A DNA stretch of 38,134 nt, taken from positions 1 to 38,134 of IMG/VR virus record IMGVR_UViG_3300025288_000050. The stretch is one strand, 5' to 3'. The notes beneath the pieces are model-generated. The model saw only the letters and a list, made by a program, of their open reading frames with translations, searched no databases and had not been told where the DNA came from. The stretch is from a virus. Of this stretch, positions 31,406 to 38,134 are shown one piece after another; the stretch's first letter is position 1; every line of letters starts with the position of its first letter. The position numbers and the translations under genes were made by a program.

Positions 31406-32773
31406 ATGGCGGAGAAGCAACCCAAAATCCAAGAGATTGGAATGTCCTTTTTTGAGACGCCGCAAGTTTTTAAAGGCCAGCCTTTCATGCCTGAAAGGGA
31501 ATTTTTATTTCATGAAAACGAACAAACATTTTATTTTTATAACCAGAAATATTGGCAGATCATTGATGACAGTAACATCAAAACTGGTGCCATGGCGCGC
31601 CTACTGACTAAATATCTCATCAACAACTATCCCCAAATTAACATTCAATCCAATACGGTTTCCGAATTGAAATATTTCCTAACCAAAACCATTGAGAATG
31701 TCTACGACAAGCCGGAGTTGACTCCATATACGGCCTTTGAGGACTGTGTTCTTGACCTAACTACCTTGGAAACCTTTCCTCACTCCCCCGAACTTCTGGC
31801 TTTCCATTACTTGCCAATTCCTTTCCCTAAAGTCGAACAACCAACCCCTGTTTTCGATTACTTCCTTGAGTGTGCTTTCCCGGGAAATGAAGAAATGAAA
31901 AATCTACTCTATGAAATGCTTGGCTTCTATCTTTCTCCCAGCCCCGCGGGTTTCACCTTTTTTATCTACGGAGCGGCGGCTGCGGGCAAGTCGCAACTCC
32001 TGGAACTCATTAAGATTTTAATCGGCAAACAATTTTATTCCGGAGTTTCCCTGCAATCATTGACGAATTCCAGCTTTTCTGTGGCCGGGTTGTTGGGGAA
32101 GCGGGTGAATATCAAAGATGAGGATGAAAGTGAGTACATCAAAAGCGACAAACTTAAAGCCTTGATTGATCACCGGACCATTCAAGCTGAGAAGAAATTT
32201 TCACAACCCTTTGACTTTGAGCCATTTACCAAATTCCTCTTCGCCAGCAATCAATTGCCAAAATTCAAAATGGTCGATGATGGATTGTTGCGGAAATTAA
32301 TTTTCGTTGAATTCAAAAATCCCATACCGCCGGAGCGACGAGATATCCATCTCTTAAACAAATTAAAGGCCGAATTGCCGGGGATAATTTATAAGGCGCT
32401 TCAAGGTATGCGGCGCTTCTACGATAATGGCGAACGTTTTGTCTTGCCGAAAGATTGCAAGGATGGCGAACATTCCTTCCTCTACACTTCTTTGGCTGCA
32501 ATCCAGTTTTTCGAGGACAATTACATTCTTACTGAAAAGCACCGTGAGGAAAATCAGGATCTCTGGACTAGGAATGAAACCCTATACAATGCCTATAAAG
32601 ATTGGTCTAAAGAAAATGGTAAGACGCCGTTGAACTCAATGAACTTTTTCAAGCAACTCCTCGATAATATCCCGGAACTTAAAACCCGTGCTTTCCATGA
32701 CGGCCGCTTCAAAAACTGTTATCCCCGCTCCGTCCCTAATTACGCCGATTCATCTAAAATGATACCCTTCTAA
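31406..32773 (+). CDS. D5/P4-family primase-associated helicase (NTPase)
   Basis: 455 aa. Walker A FFIYGAAAAGKSQLLELI, Walker B-like VNIKDEDE and FLFASNQLPK follow the P4/D5 C-terminal domain pattern. Confidence 0.75.
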   Translation: MAEKQPKIQEIGMSFFETPQVFKGQPFMPEREFLFHENEQTFYFYNQKYWQIIDDSNIKTGAMARLLTKYLINNYPQINIQSNTVSELKYFLTKTIENVYDKPELTPYTAFEDCVLDLTTLETFPHSPELLAFHYLPIPFPKVEQPTPVFDYFLECAFPGNEEMKNLLYEMLGFYLSPSPAGFTFFIYGAAAAGKSQLLELIKILIGKQFYSGVSLQSLTNSSFSVAGLLGKRVNIKDEDESEYIKSDKLKALIDHRTIQAEKKFSQPFDFEPFTKFLFASNQLPKFKMVDDGLLRKLIFVEFKNPIPPERRDIHLLNKLKAELPGIIYKALQGMRRFYDNGERFVLPKDCKDGEHSFLYTSLAAIQFFEDNYILTEKHREENQDLWTRNETLYNAYKDWSKENGKTPLNSMNFFKQLLDNIPELKTRAFHDGRFKNCYPRSVPNYADSSKMIPF

Positions 32774-32777
32774 TTTT

Positions 32778-33545
32778 ATGGATCTAACTTTGATTGAAAA
32801 CTACTACAATCTCGGTTGGCAAATCATGCCCTTGAAGCCCGGGACGAAGCTGCCGACTTTAACTAAGTGGAAAGACTTGCAATCCGTTCGTTCTGAGCTC
32901 TCACGGGTGCTTGATTACTTTTTTCAGAACCAACAAGCTAACTTAGCCATTATTACCGGTCGCCTCTCAAACCTTACTGTCCTCGACATTGATACTTCGG
33001 GAAAGCAAGCGGAAGATTTTGCCTTAAATTTTCAAACCCCCACCGTTAAAACCCCTAAGGGATACCATGTTTATTTCAAGTACTCCGGCCTGCGTAATGC
33101 CGCGGGAATAGAGATGAATAAGCTCAAGCTCGATTTGCGTTCCGAGGGTGGTTATGTCGTGGCCCCGCCATCCCAAGTTTCCGGGAAGAATTACCACTGG
33201 CTTCTGCCACCCACTTTTCCAATCAAAGATTTTCCTACAACTTTGATTCCGTATTTCGAAATGAAGCGTTCTACCTCCTTGAATTCTGAGCGCTGGGAGC
33301 ATATAATTAATTCAACCGAGGAGGGGGAAAGAAACATGAATGCCGCTTCATTGATCGGTAAACTCCTCCACCATTTACCACCTAAAGATTGGGGAGCGGT
33401 TGCATGGCCGCTTGTAAAATCGTGGAACGATTTCTATGTGACTCCTCCCCTTGAAGAATCTGAATTGTTTCGTACTTTTGAATCGATTGGTAAAAGGCAA
33501 TTACTCGAGCGTCAAGAACATGAGGATAAGTCACTTGACAGTTAG
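32778..33545 (+). CDS. Bifunctional primase-polymerase (PrimPol/AEP) domain protein
   Basis: GWQIMPLKPGTKLP, NLAIITGRLSNLTVLDIDT, GYHVYFKY and LDLRSEGGYVVAPPS are the canonical Prim-Pol blocks. Confidence 0.75.
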   Translation: MDLTLIENYYNLGWQIMPLKPGTKLPTLTKWKDLQSVRSELSRVLDYFFQNQQANLAIITGRLSNLTVLDIDTSGKQAEDFALNFQTPTVKTPKGYHVYFKYSGLRNAAGIEMNKLKLDLRSEGGYVVAPPSQVSGKNYHWLLPPTFPIKDFPTTLIPYFEMKRSTSLNSERWEHIINSTEEGERNMNAASLIGKLLHHLPPKDWGAVAWPLVKSWNDFYVTPPLEESELFRTFESIGKRQLLERQEHEDKSLDS

Positions 33546-33563
33546 ATATATATGTGTTATATA
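33535..33563 (+). promoter_or_regulatory. Promoter TTGACA-17-TATATA with extended -10 TG
   Basis: TTGACA at 33535-40 (inside the PrimPol 3' end), TG at 33555-56 and TATATA at 33558-63. Same architecture as the 29651 promoter. Confidence 0.5.
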
Positions 33564-33565
33564 TA

Positions 33566-33584
33566 GATTATCAGAAAGATAATC
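33566..33584. promoter_or_regulatory. Inverted repeat GATTATC-agaaa-GATAATC (candidate operator)
   Basis: 7-bp arms immediately downstream of the -10 and just upstream of the RHH gene. Confidence 0.4.
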
Positions 33585-33599
33585 AAATGATAATACTAT

Positions 33600-33752
33600 A
33601 TGAATAAGGTGTCACCACTGTGTACTACAGCGGTTCGCTTGCCTACTGACGAATATATTGAAATGCGTAAACGGTTACTTCCCTTGCACATTTCTTTCTC
33701 GGCTTGGGTGCGTACCAAAATGCATGAAGAGCTAAGTCAAAAAAACAATTAA
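33600..33752 (+). CDS. Ribbon-helix-helix (Arc/CopG-like) DNA-binding protein (50 aa)
   Basis: TTAVRLPTDEYIEMRKRLLPLHISFSAWVRTKMHEEL fits a strand-helix-helix layout. Not in the ORF track because it is under 60 aa. Confidence 0.5.
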   Translation: MNKVSPLCTTAVRLPTDEYIEMRKRLLPLHISFSAWVRTKMHEELSQKNN

Positions 33753-33764
33753 CAACTTAAAATT

Positions 33765-34232
33765 ATGTCCGAAGACTTTTTCTCCTCAGCTAATGTCGCC
33801 AACATCCCTTCTAATCCCTATTTCAAATTAGAGAAAGTTGGGGATAAATGCCGAGGATGGTTGGTCACTACCTCCCTTCGCGATAACGACATGAAACCGG
33901 GAACTAAACAAACCGTTTACACTATTCAAGTCCCGGATGGGGAAATGTATCCGGCTTATAAAGGCGGAGAACGCGTGGAAGTTCAAGGCGGAGGTCTCAT
34001 CGATGTTTATGGCCGCATGCCGGTTGAAAAGAACGGGCAAATCGTCACCATCATTGCTGGTTTGGATAACTGTAAAGTTGGCCAGATGATTGGTTTTAAA
34101 TTTACCGAAGAACGCAAAGGCGACAAAGGTTTTGCCGCTAAAATTCTGACCGGTTTTAAGTCAGAGGAGTTTAATGACTCAATTTTAGAGAAACTCATGA
34201 AGCCGGAGAGTTCTGAGGGACAGCCCTTTTAG
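33765..34232 (+). CDS. Hypothetical protein, possibly SSB-like
   Basis: 155 aa and beta-rich. The acidic C-terminal tail ends ...PESSEGQPF, reminiscent of the SSB C-terminal ...IPF tip. Lies in the replication module. Confidence 0.35.
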   Translation: MSEDFFSSANVANIPSNPYFKLEKVGDKCRGWLVTTSLRDNDMKPGTKQTVYTIQVPDGEMYPAYKGGERVEVQGGGLIDVYGRMPVEKNGQIVTIIAGLDNCKVGQMIGFKFTEERKGDKGFAAKILTGFKSEEFNDSILEKLMKPESSEGQPF

Positions 34233-34395
34233 GTAAAGTGAGGTGTGCTGACGAGATTTATGCATCGTCTGCATACTCTACTGATCAAGACGTCCGCTAT
34301 TAACTCCAAAACCTGCGGGTTAGATCATCTCCTGTAGTGCGGTTTAACAGCAACCCTTGATTGGTGGAGCATGTACATGTAATTAGAACTTCTCT

Positions 34396-34548
34396 ATGTC
34401 TTTTTATTTCGAATACTTGTCGGTTCTTAAAGAAATAGAGCCTGAAGCCTATGAGGTTTTAGGCAAAATGATTAAAGGTTCCTGTTGCCCGCATGAACGG
34501 TTGGATGCTTTTGGAACCTGCCTCGTTTGTTATTTAGACATCACTTAA
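34396..34548 (+). CDS. Cys-rich mini-protein (50 aa)
   Basis: MSFYFEYLSVLKEIEPEAYEVLGKMIKGSCCPHERLDAFGTCLVCYLDIT. The stop is 2 nt before the next ATG. Confidence 0.35.
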   Translation: MSFYFEYLSVLKEIEPEAYEVLGKMIKGSCCPHERLDAFGTCLVCYLDIT

Positions 34549-34550
34549 AT

Positions 34551-35273
34551 ATGGCGGGGTTCAAACTAAATAAGCGTAACTATTTTAGTAAGAAGCGTCC
34601 GCATCTTTCGGTCTCACAAATTAATGATTATATTTTCAATCCAGAATATTACAAAGCTAGGTACATAAATCTTTCTATTACCACCAAAGTTACCGACGCC
34701 ATGAAACTCGGGACTTTAGTTGATGAATTATTAACTGAAGGGAAGACGCGATTGAAGCGGGGTAAGAAATCAAAAAAGCTGACCGAACACCAGTTGGAGA
34801 AAGTAGTTAGTGAAACTATCTGGGAACGCGGCCAAGCGATTGCAGAATTTGTTTCCAAACATCCGTTTTGGCAGTCCCTAATGGGAAAAAAGGGGGTGAA
34901 AAAACAGTTAATTTTGGAGGGGTTTTTGGATGGTTTATTGATTTGTGGTAAACCCGATTTGGTGATTGATCCCGACATCTTAATTGATTTGAAGGTTTCT
35001 GGAGCTACGCATGTTAAAAACCCAAATAAATGGCATTATCATTGTCTTGATATGGGTTATTACCGGCAATTTGCCATGTATAAAACACTTCTCGGGCAGT
35101 CTTTTGAGACCCCTTCATACCACCTAACGGTGTCCGAAACCGCTCCAGAGTTTTATGAACTGAAACTTTTCAAAGCTGATTATGAGTATGTCAAAATTGC
35201 CTTTGATGAGATTAAAGACGCCGTAAGTGGGATTAAGGAGGGGAAGTTCAACGCAAAAGAGTTAACTTTATAA
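34551..35273 (+). CDS. PD-(D/E)XK nuclease (RecB/Cas4-like exonuclease fold)
   Basis: GKPDLVIDPDILIDLKVSG gives D...D-x-K. Tyr-rich C-terminal part YYRQFAMY. ATG 34551 preferred over TTG 34527. Confidence 0.6.
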   Translation: MAGFKLNKRNYFSKKRPHLSVSQINDYIFNPEYYKARYINLSITTKVTDAMKLGTLVDELLTEGKTRLKRGKKSKKLTEHQLEKVVSETIWERGQAIAEFVSKHPFWQSLMGKKGVKKQLILEGFLDGLLICGKPDLVIDPDILIDLKVSGATHVKNPNKWHYHCLDMGYYRQFAMYKTLLGQSFETPSYHLTVSETAPEFYELKLFKADYEYVKIAFDEIKDAVSGIKEGKFNAKELTL

Positions 35274-35371
35274 TATGGCTGCCAAACATATTTTGTGTAA
35301 TGAGTGTTGGAAAATCGTCAAGCAACTTTATGTTTCGGTTTTTGAGGATGAAGATGGGGTAGTTCACCTTT

Positions 35372-36712
35372 ATGATCATGGAGATAAGCGGAAGGATAAT
35401 CTTAAGTCAACTGACAAAAAAAGCAGCCGATGATATTAAGTCGGCTTTAACTTTGGATAACCCGGCCTATTGGCGGGCAGTCAGGAAGAATCCGAAGGCA
35501 AAATACGCCTTGTCCCCAGTGTTTAAATATTATGTTGAAAAAGAAAATAAACTCATTGTCGGACGAGGACTTGAAGAACGAATTAAAATTTATTGTCGGG
35601 CAAACTTTACTCCATTACAAATCATTGATGCGCGGACTAAAACGCCTGCGGGAATTCAGTCTACGATTTCGCTACGTCCGTATCAGGTTGGAATTCCGGA
35701 GGAAATTGTTAAAAATTACACCGGAATTGTACGACTTGGGACGGGATTTGGAAAAACTATTATCGGACTTCGAGTCGCCGAACTCCTCGGACAAAAAACC
35801 TTGATTGTCGTTCCAACCTTAGACATTTTAAATCTATTCTATGAAGAAGTACAAAATTACTTCGGCACTCCTCCGGGTGTCATTCAAGGGAAAAACTTTG
35901 AGGTCAAAGATGTTACTGTGGCTACTATTCAGAGTCTTAAGAAAGCCGTCAATCGAGGCCTCCAGCCTGACGACTTCGGCACAATCATTGTTGATGAGTG
36001 TCACAAGTTTATCTCTAAGCAGGCACAAACCGTTTTTGAATATTTCACTCCAACTTACTTCTACGGACTCACTGCCACCGCAGACAGGTCAGACGGTCAA
36101 GGAAAAGCAATCGGATTTTATTTCGGGAATATTATCGTCTCTCGGGAACTTGAACAACACTCCCCAAAAGTTGAAATCGTTGAATACCCGGAAAAATATG
36201 ACGGGGTTGAATACTACGAAATCATCGAGGCACAAACCAAGAGTGAGGAAAGGAATAGACTTATCGTTGAAAAAGTGAAAGCGGAAATTAGTTCTGGGCG
36301 TAAGGTTTTAATCCTAACTAAAAGAATTGCCCATTATGAAATTATTAAGGAGAAACTTCTCGCTTCAAAAATCAAAAATGTCTTCACGCTTAACTCCAAA
36401 GATACTCGAAAAAATCGAGCCGAAAAACTTTTGGGCCTCCGTTCTGGGGAAACTGACTTTACTGTCCTTCTTGGCACTTTTAGTTTACTTGGCACTGGTA
36501 TCGACATACCTCGCTTGGATACTCTCATCCTTGCTGGCGATCTACGGAGTGAAGTTTTGACCAAGCAATCGGCCGGGCGCATTCGCCGTATCCTGACTGG
36601 CAAGAAGCAACCGAAAATAATTGATTTAGTGGACACTGGGAATAGAATATTGCACTATCAAGGAAAACAAAGGTCGAAGTTCTATAAAAGTGAAGGTTGG
36701 AAAATAATTTAA
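35372..36712 (+). CDS. Superfamily 2 DNA helicase (DEXH, ResIII-like)
   Basis: Motif I GTGFGKT, motif II IVDECH, motif III LTATADR and motif VI QSAGRIRR. Confidence 0.8.
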   Translation: MIMEISGRIILSQLTKKAADDIKSALTLDNPAYWRAVRKNPKAKYALSPVFKYYVEKENKLIVGRGLEERIKIYCRANFTPLQIIDARTKTPAGIQSTISLRPYQVGIPEEIVKNYTGIVRLGTGFGKTIIGLRVAELLGQKTLIVVPTLDILNLFYEEVQNYFGTPPGVIQGKNFEVKDVTVATIQSLKKAVNRGLQPDDFGTIIVDECHKFISKQAQTVFEYFTPTYFYGLTATADRSDGQGKAIGFYFGNIIVSRELEQHSPKVEIVEYPEKYDGVEYYEIIEAQTKSEERNRLIVEKVKAEISSGRKVLILTKRIAHYEIIKEKLLASKIKNVFTLNSKDTRKNRAEKLLGLRSGETDFTVLLGTFSLLGTGIDIPRLDTLILAGDLRSEVLTKQSAGRIRRILTGKKQPKIIDLVDTGNRILHYQGKQRSKFYKSEGWKII

Positions 36713-36719
36713 TTCCCCC

Positions 36720-36735
36720 ATCCCCCTTCGGGGAT
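36720..36735 (+). terminator. Short GC hairpin after the helicase gene
   Basis: atcccc-cttc-ggggat, 8 nt after the stop. No U-tract. Confidence 0.35.
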
Positions 36736-36843
36736 ACAATCTATTAGCGACTCAAGACTGCTAAGTCAAGGTCGCCTTCCTAAAAAGAATGGCATTTAGC
36801 TATTCTTAGGGGAGGTGGGGGAAGTAAAAAAAGGGAGAGTCAA

Positions 36844-37659
36844 ATGGCTAAGAAGGAAGAAGCCTTGGCATTGCGCGATGGTAAACCCAAGCACGGCACG
36901 ACCCGTATCGTTTCCTTGGACATCAATAAGGACAACGGCTCGGGGCCGAGAGCTCAGGTAATGCTCATCGGTGATGCCCACATCGGTTCGCCGCAGTGTG
37001 ATGAGGTGCTTTTGAAGCACAACATCGATCTGTGTCTCGAAAAGAATATTTACGTCATTTTGATGGGGGACATTGTTGAGTGTGCGACTAGAAACTCGGT
37101 CGGGGCTGGCGTCTATGAGCAATACGGAACGATTGACGACCAGATTGACCGGGCAGTCGAGTTCTTTATCCCACTCGTCAAGCCTGGTCTGCTTCTTGGA
37201 AGCATTGCTGGGAACCATGAGGCACGCGGCTACAAGGACATTGGCCACAATCCAACCAAGAACATGTGCCGTTTGCTTCAAATTCCTTATTTGGGCCCGA
37301 ATAAACACTTCATCATGAAGGTCGGGAAGCAGACCTACACGCTCTATGTGACCCATGGCTCCTCCGGGGCAACCACCATCGGCGGGAAAATCAACTGTTT
37401 GATGCGCGTGGCCAAGAACACTACGGCCGAGATTGTCGCCCACGCCCATGTCCATGAGCTCTTATCCATTACTTTCTTGCACTTTGACTTCGTGCACAAC
37501 AAGAAGCGTTTCGGGTCAGTGCCTCGCTACGGGATTCTGACTGGCCATTTTCTTCGGTACGGTGGGTACGGACAAGAGAAGGACTTTCAACCTACTCGCT
37601 GCGGTTCGCCTCTCCTCATCCTCTGGGCAGACCGACACGAAATCCGCGTAATGACTTGA
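36844..37659 (+). CDS. Calcineurin-like metallophosphoesterase (nuclease or phosphatase)
   Basis: LIGDAHIG, ILMGDIVE, GNHE, VTHG and AHAHVHE are the five canonical metallophosphatase blocks. AGGGAGAG lies upstream of the ATG. Confidence 0.75.
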   Translation: MAKKEEALALRDGKPKHGTTRIVSLDINKDNGSGPRAQVMLIGDAHIGSPQCDEVLLKHNIDLCLEKNIYVILMGDIVECATRNSVGAGVYEQYGTIDDQIDRAVEFFIPLVKPGLLLGSIAGNHEARGYKDIGHNPTKNMCRLLQIPYLGPNKHFIMKVGKQTYTLYVTHGSSGATTIGGKINCLMRVAKNTTAEIVAHAHVHELLSITFLHFDFVHNKKRFGSVPRYGILTGHFLRYGGYGQEKDFQPTRCGSPLLILWADRHEIRVMT

Positions 37660-37693
37660 AATATCAACTTTGCTTGGATACTTCAAGTGGCCT

Positions 37694-37715
37694 GGGCGGA
37701 GCCACAAATCCGCCC
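37694..37715 (+). terminator. 7-bp GC hairpin after the phosphoesterase gene
   Basis: gggcgga-gccacaaa-tccgccc, followed by cttcaatt. Confidence 0.35.
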
Positions 37716-37735
37716 CTTCAATTAAATCTATACCT

Positions 37736-37864
37736 ATGCCTAAATCAGAAGCTTTCAATCTCTATAAAACTCTAAAGGATGACCCTGAAGCGGTAATCAA
37801 ATGGGCGGAGAGTGAGATAGCCGAATATCAAAAGTTAATCGAGCTGATTAAAAACAAAACCTAA
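37736..37864 (+). CDS. Hypothetical helical mini-protein (42 aa)
   Basis: ATG 37736 (MPKSEAFNLYKTLKDDPEAVIKWAESEIAEYQKLIELIKNKT). The TTG-extended track ORF would run through the hairpin. Confidence 0.4.
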   Translation: MPKSEAFNLYKTLKDDPEAVIKWAESEIAEYQKLIELIKNKT

Positions 37865-37893
37865 TTCTTAGATAACTAACTAACAAATATCTT

Positions 37894-38134
37894 ATGTCGC
37901 CCACAATTGAAATCTCAGAGGAAATATTAAACAAAATCAAAGAACAGTTAGGTGATGACTACAAGTTGAAAGAGCTTGATTGCCTTGATGACCTTATTGG
38001 TCAAAAATGGTTTTTCCGCACTGTTACCTATCACTGTGTGGGTAAAGTAGTTAAACGCTTTGGACAATTCTTCCAACTGGAAGATGCTTCTTGGGTAGCG
38101 GACAGTGGACGCTTTATGCAAGCCATTAAAGATG
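37894..38134 (+). CDS. Hypothetical protein, 5' part of a junction-spanning gene (continues at position 128 on the circular map)
   Basis: ATG 37894 opens MSPTIEISEEILNKIKEQLGDDYKLKELDCLDDLIGQKWFFRTVTYHC..., which runs off the window end in the same frame as ORF 1-231. No domain recognised. Confidence 0.6.
   Translation, partial: MSPTIEISEEILNKIKEQLGDDYKLKELDCLDDLIGQKWFFRTVTYHCVGKVVKRFGQFFQLEDASWVADSGRFMQAIKD
38008..38134. repeat. Terminal direct repeat identical to 1-127
   Basis: Same 127-nt string as the window start. Confidence 0.95.

Noticed and set aside
34248-34255. ctgacgag, similar to the hammerhead ribozyme CUGANGA core
   Set aside because: The required GAAA and stem III/cleavage-site elements do not follow. 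The segment simply forms a GACGA/TCGTC hairpin.
35275-35433. 52-aa ORF (MAAKHILCNECWKIVKQLY...) starting 1 nt after the nuclease gene stop
   Set aside because: Possibly real, but it would overlap the SF2 helicase start by 62 nt and has no SD. There is not enough support to list it as a feature.
36796-37455. 219-aa minus-strand ORF
   Set aside because: It is antisense to the metallophosphoesterase gene, which has all five canonical motifs. It is a GC-rich shadow frame.

Overview
This window is a complete, circularly assembled dsDNA tailed-phage genome. Positions 1-127 are identical to 38008-38134, so the unique length is 38,007 bp. One gene (ATG 37894) runs across the artificial break to the stop at 229-231. 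Two divergent gene blocks leave a repeat-dense control region at about 29.2-29.7 kb and converge, with a 21-bp overlap, at about 6.2 kb. The minus strand (29.19 -> 6.21 kb) carries a TerS-like gene, a C2H2 zinc-finger protein, TerL, portal, scaffold and an HK97-type major capsid protein. Next comes a 5.4-kb island: a GT2-TPR-GT4 fusion enzyme, a 29-aa x7 tandem-repeat protein, a second GT-A enzyme and a 7-repeat propeller-like protein. After that is a lysis region (XhlA-like, HNH endonuclease, papain-like C1 peptidase, holin-like), then adaptor-like, nozzle-like and Gly-rich fibre genes and two large coiled-coil/membrane-segment proteins. The order is T7/podovirus-like; no sheath, tube or tape measure was recognised. 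The plus strand (29.7 kb -> wrap -> 6.23 kb) carries small early ORFs, a D5/P4-type helicase, PrimPol, an RHH regulator, an SSB-like protein, a PD-(D/E)XK nuclease, an SF2 helicase and a metallophosphoesterase. These are followed by a 246-bp hexanucleotide microsatellite, a ~440-nt GC-rich ORF-free self-complementary region, an operon of 7-8 translationally coupled Cys-rich mini-proteins, and a glycan cassette (NDP-sugar dehydrogenase-like, GT2, SAM methyltransferase, CgeB-like GT, GT2). No integrase, tRNA, rRNA, CRISPR array or DNA polymerase was recognised. The most notable point is that about 6.6 kb (~17%) of a small, lytic-looking genome is glycosylation machinery. Part of it sits inside the virion module next to two repeat proteins, which suggests a virion/protein glycosylation system. 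The microsatellite + structured-RNA + zinc-mini-protein locus and three separate short-repeat arrays in non-coding DNA are also unusual. All functional calls come from motif recognition by eye and gene order, not from database searches.
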